A stretch of DNA of 64,000 nt, taken from contig OZ251518.1 in assembly GCA_965242965.1 (NCBI GenBank), positions 2,784,001 through 2,848,000 on the forward strand, written 5' to 3'. Positions 21,050 to 28,617 of this stretch are shown here, piece after piece. How positions within the stretch are numbered: the first letter of the stretch is position 1; each line of letters begins with the position of its first letter. The notes under the pieces were generated by a model, which ran no database searches, was not told where the DNA came from, and saw only the letters and a program-made list of their open reading frames with translations. Source of the stretch: Candidatus Poribacteria bacterium (lineage in GTDB: Bacteria > Poribacteria > WGA-4E > WGA-3G). Made by a program: the position numbers and the translations under genes.

Positions 21050-22153
21050 TTGAAATATCATCATTGGGTCAGCTACCTCATCTGCCTTCTATCCGTTTGG
21101 TGCGGGGTTGCCTCGGCTGCAAACACCACAGCGGCGGCAGACCGGTTTCTCAAACAATTGCTCAGTGCTGAGCACCACGGCATGGGCGGCAGTTTCGTCG
21201 GCGTGACCCGGGGCGCGAATGCCCTCGGCAGTAATCCTGCAGGCATTAGCGTTGCGGAGGGGAGTCGGTTTGCCATTCATGCGCGCCGTTTTCCGCGCAC
21301 CATCGCGACAATCTCAAGGCGAGATGCGCTATCGGCTAACGTCTACAACGACGATAGGCAGTATGAACAGCGCGCCGGCGGCATTCAGACGTTGAACTGG
21401 GCATTTCCGATGGGAGCGGCTGGCACGCTCGGCTTGGGCTTCGCATTCGCGCAAGAGGGTGCGTTTCGCCGCGTCAATCATGAAGGAACGGCTCTCAACA
21501 GCTTTCCAGAAAACAACATCGCGCTCGGACTCAGTTACGGTATCCACCTCTTCGGCGGCACTGGGATAGGGTTTGATGCGAAGTGGCTGCGCTCCAAAGT
21601 CGCCGATGCCGCTGGCAATGAACACCTGGGGCACGGCTATGCCTATAACGTCGGCATTATCCAGCAGCTCGGCGATGCCATTCAGGTTGGGGTTGTGGTG
21701 CGGAATTTGAGCAACGGGTTGTCGTTTTCCGATACAACTATCCCGCGTGCAATGCAACGCGATGTCGTCGCCGGTATCGCCTATCGCCGTCAGATTTCAG
21801 ATGTCGCTTTCCGCATTGGACTTGATGCGCATCCCCCGTTTCGCGACGGTATCCGAGCGAATCTCGGGGCTGAAGTGTGGTATCGCGAACGCATCGGTTG
21901 CAGCATCGGCTACCTGCGCGACACTGAGAAGCGTTATGCTTCCGTGCTCATCCTAGACACAGAGACTTTTGAAACAGAGGAGCGGCTCTGGAAAGCGGAA
22001 GGGGTGTGTTTCGGGCTCGGTGTGAGATTTGGCAGTCTAATAGTGAACGCCGCCTATACGCCACAATTCACCCCCATCGCGGCGGAGGACGAACGCGTCC
22101 ATATTGCCCAAGGCGAAGCAAATTATACGTTCTCAATCGGGCAAGTTTTTTAA
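21050..22153 (+). CDS. PorV/PorQ (FadL-like) outer-membrane beta-barrel protein
   Basis: Signal peptide; GMGGSFVGVTRGANALGSNPAG; amphipathic strands (LGLSYG, IGFDAK, YNVGII, LGAEVWY); terminal Phe. Confidence 0.7.
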   Translation: MKYHHWVSYLICLLSVWCGVASAANTTAAADRFLKQLLSAEHHGMGGSFVGVTRGANALGSNPAGISVAEGSRFAIHARRFPRTIATISRRDALSANVYNDDRQYEQRAGGIQTLNWAFPMGAAGTLGLGFAFAQEGAFRRVNHEGTALNSFPENNIALGLSYGIHLFGGTGIGFDAKWLRSKVADAAGNEHLGHGYAYNVGIIQQLGDAIQVGVVVRNLSNGLSFSDTTIPRAMQRDVVAGIAYRRQISDVAFRIGLDAHPPFRDGIRANLGAEVWYRERIGCSIGYLRDTEKRYASVLILDTETFETEERLWKAEGVCFGLGVRFGSLIVNAAYTPQFTPIAAEDERVHIAQGEANYTFSIGQVF

Positions 22154-22161
22154 TTTTGTTA

Positions 22162-22758
22162 ATGATGAATGACGATTATAGAACGGTGGCAGGCATTGCC
22201 AACGCCAAACATAGCGTCAAAAAATCGCGATTCTTCGGTGAGGCGACAGCGGTAGATAGCACAGCAGCAGTGAAAATGTTTCTTGGCGAAGTGCGGGAAC
22301 GGTATCGCAAGGCATCGCACTACTGCTACGCTTACAGCATCGGCAGTGGCGCGGAGAAGCGCGACTATGCCACCGATGCCGGTGAACCGACGCATTCAGC
22401 GGGGCCACCTATCCTTGCCGCGATTCAGGCGAACCAATTGTCTAATACGCTCTGTGTCGTTACGCGATATTACGGTGGTATCAACCTCGGCGTTGGCGGG
22501 TTAATTCGGGCTTACGGACGGTGCGCGCGGGAATGCCTCCAAAACGCCACTATTGAAACGCGTATCGCATATCAGGAGTTGCAGTTCAAGGTGTCTTATG
22601 CGCACATCGGCACTGTCGTGAACCGATGCAAACGCATAGGAGGCGAGGTTCTCAAGATTGACTATACCCCAAAGCCGCTCCTCACGTTGCGTATCCCGCG
22701 AAGCGCGGTGGGAACGTTGCAATCACAACTGCAAAGCATTGCAAACCGTGTGCAGTAG
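22162..22758 (+). CDS. yigZ: YigZ/IMPACT family protein
   Basis: VKKSRF, ASHYCYAY, DAGEPTHSAGPP, VTRYYGGINLGVGGLIRAY. Confidence 0.92.
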   Translation: MMNDDYRTVAGIANAKHSVKKSRFFGEATAVDSTAAVKMFLGEVRERYRKASHYCYAYSIGSGAEKRDYATDAGEPTHSAGPPILAAIQANQLSNTLCVVTRYYGGINLGVGGLIRAYGRCARECLQNATIETRIAYQELQFKVSYAHIGTVVNRCKRIGGEVLKIDYTPKPLLTLRIPRSAVGTLQSQLQSIANRVQ

Positions 22759-22881
22759 GAGGGACATCATCTCACGCGTCTCTGGCGATGCATCGTCTTT
22801 GCATTGCAAACCGTGTGCAGTAGGAGGGACATCCCTGTCCCGATACCTTGCAATCACAACTGCAAAGCATTGCAAACCCTG

Positions 22882-23829
22882 TCAGGCGGAAGTCCGCGTT
22901 GCAATAAAAACGCGTCGAACGAGGTTCTGCTTAGGCACCGGAATAATCTTCTCAATCCGATAACCGGCATCCGCCAGCGGTTGACGCATATCGCGAATAT
23001 CAATCAACCCGATTTTGGGGGCGCAGTACCGCAGGTTCGCCAAAATCGCTGCATCCCGAAAGGTATCTTTGACAAGGGCAATGCCGTAGGGCAAATCTGT
23101 GGCAATGGCACTGAATTTACCACGAATCTCTCGCGCATCGCCTAAATGCACCGCTGCGTTGAGTCCAAAATGCGCCAGATTCTTAGTCGTCGCGCCTACC
23201 ATCCGCGGGTTGATGTCGTAACCGAAGGTTTTGATGCCGAGATGCGCGGCGGAAATGACTATCGTGCCTGTGCCGCAACACGGCTCGAGTAACGTGAATT
23301 CGGCATCCGTTGTAGAGGGAGTGTCCGCAACTAAATTGACAAGGCCGCGCGCGAGCCGCGCTGGTAACGAACTAGAAGTCACATGCGGACGTTGGTTATG
23401 CGCCTGCCACGCGCCATCGGATTCGGAGAGGAGCCGCCCGAACCATAACCGCTCTTCGGTAACAACGGTAGGGAAGACAACTTTTGGCTGCGTCAGATTC
23501 GGTTTACCGCCGATGACACCGCCAATTTGTCTGCCGAGTTCCGTGGTGCTTACCTGAAGGTTCCGCGGCTTCTTCACAATAGATACCCGAAACGCATCGG
23601 CGTGTAAATCGGCAGCACGAATTTGCGCGCAAAGTTCCGCTACGCTTGTCGCCTCAAAAAGCACTTCGGTGCAACTCTTGAGATACGCGCCCCGGCGCGC
23701 GTCAACACACATTTCTGAAATGGCGATGCCGTGTGAATCGGGGGTGGATGCCGTTAAGGCAAAGCATTCAGCCGCCACTAATTCCGTGAGGAGGTTTGGC
23801 ATCGCCATGAGATAAAGGTAACTTTGCAT
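22882..23829 (-). CDS. THUMP/Trm11-like SAM-dependent RNA methyltransferase
   Basis: SSLPARLARGLVNL, LEPCCGTGTI, GYDIN, GDA, TDLPYG; start uncertain (23853 or 23829). Confidence 0.75.
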   Translation of the reverse strand: MQSYLYLMAMPNLLTELVAAECFALTASTPDSHGIAISEMCVDARRGAYLKSCTEVLFEATSVAELCAQIRAADLHADAFRVSIVKKPRNLQVSTTELGRQIGGVIGGKPNLTQPKVVFPTVVTEERLWFGRLLSESDGAWQAHNQRPHVTSSSLPARLARGLVNLVADTPSTTDAEFTLLEPCCGTGTIVISAAHLGIKTFGYDINPRMVGATTKNLAHFGLNAAVHLGDAREIRGKFSAIATDLPYGIALVKDTFRDAAILANLRYCAPKIGLIDIRDMRQPLADAGYRIEKIIPVPKQNLVRRVFIATRTSA

Positions 23830-23956
23830 TCTTTTGTATCCCGCAATGCGCACGGCACCGGTTACTCGCGCCGATAGCGTTCACTTACCAGGCCGTCTAG
23901 ACGTTTATACCGCGTCGTTGTAAAAATTGCAATTAACCAGCAGAAAGGAACTTTTC

Positions 23957-24793
23957 ATGTCACAACTTGAGAAAATTCGGATTGGACACAGCCCCGATTC
24001 CGATGATGCATTCATGTTTTATGCCCTGGCCAAAGGGCTGATTCCGACTGAACCGTTTGAAATCGTCCACGTCATTGAAGACATTGAGACATTAAACCGG
24101 CGCGCACTTGTCGCTGAGTTGGAAGTCACCGCGATTTCCGTTCATGCTTACGCCTACGTCGCCAACGATTATATTTTCATGCCTTGCGGCGCGAGCATCG
24201 GCGATAGATACGGCCCCCTCGTCGTCTCCAAAGAACCGATGGCCAGCGTCGCCGGCAAGCGCGTCGCCATTCCCGGTGAAATGACAACCGCCTATTTGAC
24301 GATGCGGCTCTACCAACCCAATTTTGAGGCGGTAACATGCCGTTTTGACGAGATTCTCGCGGCAGTCCAGCGCGGCGACGTTGATGCCGGGCTCATCATT
24401 CACGAAGGACAGCTCACCTACGAACGCGAGGGATTCCACAAAATCGTTGACTTAGGAGAGTGGTGGGACGACGAAACCGGTTTGCCGCTCCCTCTCGGCG
24501 CGAACGTCATCCGCCGGAACCTCGGCACCGAGAATATTCAGAAAATCACTGCGTTGCTTAAAGAGAGCATCCAGTATTCGCTAGAGCATCGGGAACGCGG
24601 GCTTGAATACGCAATGCTTTACGCCCGCGACATGGAGACATCCCTCGCCGACCGGTTTGTCGGCATGTATGTGAACCACTACACCCTCGATTACGGTGAA
24701 AAAGGAAAAGCAGGCGTGCGCGAACTGCTCATCCGAGGACACGAAGCAGGTATCATCCCGCACCGCGTGGATGCCGACTTTGTCACGTTGTGA
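23957..24793 (+). CDS. mqnD: 1,4-dihydroxy-6-naphthoate synthase (futalosine menaquinone pathway)
   Basis: GHSPDSDDAFMFYAL, DIETLN, GLIIHEGQLTY, DLGEWW...TGLPLPLG, MYVN. Confidence 0.9.
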   Translation: MSQLEKIRIGHSPDSDDAFMFYALAKGLIPTEPFEIVHVIEDIETLNRRALVAELEVTAISVHAYAYVANDYIFMPCGASIGDRYGPLVVSKEPMASVAGKRVAIPGEMTTAYLTMRLYQPNFEAVTCRFDEILAAVQRGDVDAGLIIHEGQLTYEREGFHKIVDLGEWWDDETGLPLPLGANVIRRNLGTENIQKITALLKESIQYSLEHRERGLEYAMLYARDMETSLADRFVGMYVNHYTLDYGEKGKAGVRELLIRGHEAGIIPHRVDADFVTL

Positions 24794-24802
24794 GGAACCC
24801 CC

Positions 24803-25009
24803 ATGGACACAAAACGCCGCAGACAATTCCAATTAGAAGACGCTAACGGTAAAAAACTGGCGACAGGCGTGCTCTATGAAGAAGGGAACGTGCAAATCCT
24901 GTGGCGCGCTGACATCGGCTGGACAGCGGAGCAATACTCCTCTGCAACTCCCCTTTTAAATTTGATGCCGGGGATTGCCGTGCTCCGTCTTTCCGATGCT
25001 GAAAATTAA
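24803..25009 (+). CDS. Small hypothetical protein
   Basis: 68 aa with GAGGA RBS, directly after mqnD. Confidence 0.6.
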   Translation: MDTKRRRQFQLEDANGKKLATGVLYEEGNVQILWRADIGWTAEQYSSATPLLNLMPGIAVLRLSDAEN

Positions 25010-25010
25010 C

Positions 25011-25380
25011 TGAGGGTGTTTTATATTTCGATGCAATACCGTAGGAGAGACCTCCTGGTCTCGCTTGTCCCGTAGCGCGGGGGCCTGTCCCCCGCGAGCG
25101 TTGGATGACGCGAGCGATGGCGAGGGACAGGCCCTCGCCCTACAATCAAGTGCCGTTTTTTTCACCGTAGCGCGGGGGCCTGTCCCCCGCGAACTACGAT
25201 GAAGGGGGTGATTTCTGCCGCCGCGGCCCCGGGAGGCGCGCCGCCCTATTGCATCGAGACCAGAGGTCTCTCCTACCGGAAGAAATCGAGACCAGGAGGT
25301 CTCTCCTACCGGTCCCCGTTTTTTCACCGTATCGCGGGGCCTGTCCCCGCGACGTTGAGCGAGTTATGAAACACCCTCAC
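25011..25380. repeat. Composite REP cluster with GAGGGTGTTT inverted termini
   Basis: TGAGGGTGTTTTATA at 25011, TTATGAAACACCCTCA at ~25364-25379; internal GTAG hairpins. Confidence 0.85.
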
Positions 25381-25452
25381 TATAATATCCGCCGACAGCT
25401 CCACCGATAGATGGGCAGATTTCTCCATCTGTCCATCTATCCATGCCTTCCC

Positions 25453-26343
25453 TTAACGCAACCGCTTGTCTGACAATTTGATAAGTTCGCCACTCTCCTG
25501 CGCGATATACAGATAGCCGAGCCCATCCAAGACAACCCCCTCCTGTTCATCGCCCGGTAAGAGATACCGGCTCAACACCGTTCCATCACGCTTAAGCTCC
25601 ACCAAAAGGTTCGTCGTATCGCTAATCAACACCAAGCAATCTGCGCGCTCATCGTAGGCCAGCCCAGAGATGTCAATGAAGTCCATCCGATGGAAACCGA
25701 CGATAGTCCCCGCTGCCCTTCGCGCCTGCGAAGAGCGCAGCGGCACAACCACTTCACACACAACCGATGGTTCACCGAGCGGTTTCAAACTAAACGACTG
25801 ATTCCCTACCCAAAACGTGCCTCCCTCTGGATGCGATGCGTCCGGCACAAAAACAATCGCCTCGATGCCCATGCCTCCCTTTTTCAGCAGTTGCGTCCCC
25901 TCAAAATCCCGCGCAATCTTGAACTCTCGCCGAACCTCCAACACGCCCGGGTCAAACTCCAGAATCGCCTCCTCATCTTCAACAGCAACATAGAGCATAC
26001 CTGTCGCCGGGTTCACCGTGATGCCCTCCAAATCCCGTCCATTCACCCGTTTCGATTGCACCAGCACGCCATCGGTTGGGTTTACCTCATAGATACTCCC
26101 CGAATCGTCGGCGACAAATAGGCTCCGGCGCATCGGATGATACGTGATCCCCGAAGGTTCAGCAATGTCCGCTTGGCTGATATTGCCCATCCAATGATAG
26201 GGCAGCGCGACGGGACGCGATGCCGCTGTCCGTTCCCTCACAGTCTGTTCTACCGTCACCAGAAAGTAGACGAGGGCGGCACTGAGCCCGATAATCAAAA
26301 TAATCATGAATGCTCGCTTATAAGACATCGAAAAATCCTCCAC
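25453..26343 (-). CDS. SdiA-regulated/YjiK-like beta-propeller protein, N-terminally anchored
   Basis: EPSGITY, DLEGITV, GIEAIVF, DISGLAY, QEGVVLD blade repeats. Confidence 0.8.
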   Translation of the reverse strand: MEDFSMSYKRAFMIILIIGLSAALVYFLVTVEQTVRERTAASRPVALPYHWMGNISQADIAEPSGITYHPMRRSLFVADDSGSIYEVNPTDGVLVQSKRVNGRDLEGITVNPATGMLYVAVEDEEAILEFDPGVLEVRREFKIARDFEGTQLLKKGGMGIEAIVFVPDASHPEGGTFWVGNQSFSLKPLGEPSVVCEVVVPLRSSQARRAAGTIVGFHRMDFIDISGLAYDERADCLVLISDTTNLLVELKRDGTVLSRYLLPGDEQEGVVLDGLGYLYIAQESGELIKLSDKRLR

Positions 26344-26459
26344 CTTGCATCCGGCTGCTGTCTATGCATACTTTACCACATTTTTCTCGCAGTAGCAAGC
26401 AAAAAATTCTCAAAATCAGAGAGCTCATACCAACTGATAAATCACCGAAAAAAAACTCC

Positions 26460-26488
26460 TTGACAATTTTTTGACATTTTTATATAAT
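26460..26488 (+). promoter_or_regulatory. Consensus sigma70 promoter upstream of the crystallin-flotillin genes
   Basis: TTGACA (26460), 17 bp spacer, TATAAT (26483). Confidence 0.7.
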
Positions 26489-26517
26489 AATCATAATGTC
26501 AGATATAGGGATTTTCG

Positions 26518-26915
26518 CCGCCCGTAGCGCGGGGGCCTGTCCCCCGCGTTGTCCATCGTCACGATGTGTGTTTCCCCGCTGTAGTTTGTGATCGCCTGAT
26601 CACAAACAGGGCAGGATCCGGCGATCCTGCCCTACAGAGCAGAGCCTGGCGCGCGAACGATGGCGAGGGACAGGCCCTCGCCCTACGGTAACGCACGCCG
26701 TTTTTTCCGTAGGGCGAACGATGGCGAGGGACAGGCCCTCGCCCTACGGTGAGGGGGGGGATTTTCGCCGCCCGTAGCGCGGGGGCCTGTCCCCCGCGAT
26801 CGTTGGATTCCGCGGGCACGCACGATGGCGAGGGAAACCCGCTCGCATGCGCGTGTGGCATCCGAGGGCCCACGCCCTACGATGAAATCGAGACCAGGAG
26901 GTCTCTCCTACAACG
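26518..26915. repeat. REP-like palindrome cluster
   Basis: At least seven GTAG/CTAC-anchored hairpins from several families. Confidence 0.85.
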
Positions 26916-27015
26916 AAAATCGCAAAAAAAAATAGGCATGCCCTCGGGTTTTGCGAAGACCCGAGCGTCACAAGGTTCTAGGAACATTATTAACTCATAA
27001 AAAAAGAGACAACTC

Positions 27016-28431
27016 ATGACAAACATGCCCCGGCTCGTCGTTGAAGTCTTTGAACACGTCAATTTTCACGGACGCAAAGTCACACTCACCGACTCCATCC
27101 CCAACACCGCTGAAATTGGCGCGCAAGACATCATTTCGTCAATCAAGATTTACAAAGGCCCTGGGTTCAACGCATCGCCGAACTACAAAGCCGTTTTTCA
27201 CGAACACGAGAACTATCGTGGGCGGCGGCTCGTCCTCGCCCCCGGGTTCTACCCCAACATTCACGAGATACCGTACAACTTCGGGGATGCCATCACGGCG
27301 ATAAGTTTCAGTCCCTCCGCGCATCCCACACCGCCGGAGTATGGCGCAATCCCCGTGATTATTGAAGTCTTCCGCGATGTCGATTTCAGTGGGCAGCGGA
27401 GCGTCATCATGCGCGATGTCAGCTCCATGTTTGACATCGGCATGAACGACACCATTACTTCGATTCGTATCCAGCGCGGACCCAGTTTCCCCTTTCGCGG
27501 GTGTCACGTCATCTTTTATGAACACGTCAATTTTGAAGGGAGGCGGCTGAATCTCAACCTCAGCACACAAGAATTCCAACTCGCTATCCGGAACCTCCGG
27601 TCGCTGCCACATTCACAATCCTTTTCCGACATCATTTCCTCCGTGAAGATTGTGCCGTCCGGTGCCTTCCGCGTCCTCATTGTCGTCGGCGATAACCAGA
27701 CTGAGGAGCCCGCCGTGCTTGAATCGCTCACGACAGTGGAGGGACTAGAATTCCAATTTACCACCGTGCATATCAACGACAATCCAGACAACCATGGTGA
27801 TGCCAACAACGCCGTGAAACTCTCCAGCGTCACGCTGGCAGAATACGATATTATCTGGTTTACTTGGTTCGCGACCGGGCACGATGGCGAATATTTTGTG
27901 GAAGATGCCGACGCGGCAATTCAAGACTTTGTCCGGAAAGGCGGCATCGTCTGGGCATCCGCCATGGATAACAATATCACACCACCTGATGGCGTGCATA
28001 CCACCGAACCCAGTTGGCGCGGCGATTGGCTGCCTGTAGAGCGGCACCCCATCACCGTAGTCAACTCCTCCGATTGCAACGTCAGGATTACAGACGATGG
28101 GAGGAAAACCGGGCTGTTTACTTGGCCGCATAAAATTAATGTCGATACGCTCATTACCGATGATCATTGGGTAACAGACGACCCGAGTTACCGCAAATTG
28201 GCAGTCCGAGAGGACAACGGCGATGCCATCAGCGTGCAGCTGCAGTGGGGTGAAGGCTACTACGTCGCTTTCGCCGTGGACACGGGGGATGCCTTCCGCA
28301 CGGCGATAGCCAAACCGCTTATTGAAAATACCCTCTGTTATTTAGCGAACCTCGCGTGGCAGGCTTCGCCGCGCCAGCCGCTCAAGGGACGATACCGGAC
28401 GCAACAGAGTAGCATGTCCATGTTCCGCTAA
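27016..28431 (+). CDS. Beta/gamma-crystallin domain protein with a C-terminal class I glutamine amidotransferase-like alpha/beta domain
   Basis: Four Greek-key motifs FEHVNFHG, HEHENYRG, FRDVDFSG, YEHVNFEG, each followed by D-x-I-S/T-S/A (QDIISS, GDAITA, NDTITS, SDIISS); then YDIIWF...QDFVRKGGIV; no signal peptide. Confidence 0.8.
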   Translation: MTNMPRLVVEVFEHVNFHGRKVTLTDSIPNTAEIGAQDIISSIKIYKGPGFNASPNYKAVFHEHENYRGRRLVLAPGFYPNIHEIPYNFGDAITAISFSPSAHPTPPEYGAIPVIIEVFRDVDFSGQRSVIMRDVSSMFDIGMNDTITSIRIQRGPSFPFRGCHVIFYEHVNFEGRRLNLNLSTQEFQLAIRNLRSLPHSQSFSDIISSVKIVPSGAFRVLIVVGDNQTEEPAVLESLTTVEGLEFQFTTVHINDNPDNHGDANNAVKLSSVTLAEYDIIWFTWFATGHDGEYFVEDADAAIQDFVRKGGIVWASAMDNNITPPDGVHTTEPSWRGDWLPVERHPITVVNSSDCNVRITDDGRKTGLFTWPHKINVDTLITDDHWVTDDPSYRKLAVREDNGDAISVQLQWGEGYYVAFAVDTGDAFRTAIAKPLIENTLCYLANLAWQASPRQPLKGRYRTQQSSMSMFR

Positions 28432-28439
28432 CCTTGAAA

Positions 28440-28580
28440 CCGGTTACCGTAGCGCGGGGGCCTGTCCCCCGCGAATGTGAAGAAACCGTCCGGTTACCGT
28501 AGCGCGGGGGCCTGTCCCCCGCAAACTGCCAACAATCTTGAAACTCAACATCGTAGCGCGGGGGCCTGTCCCCCGCGAGC
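28440..28580. repeat. Three tandem REP-like hairpins
   Basis: Three copies of CGTAGCGCGGGGGCCTGTCCCCCGC. Confidence 0.85.
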
Positions 28581-28617
28581 GTCCAATAACAAACGTCATG
28601 AGAGGAACACTCCAAAA

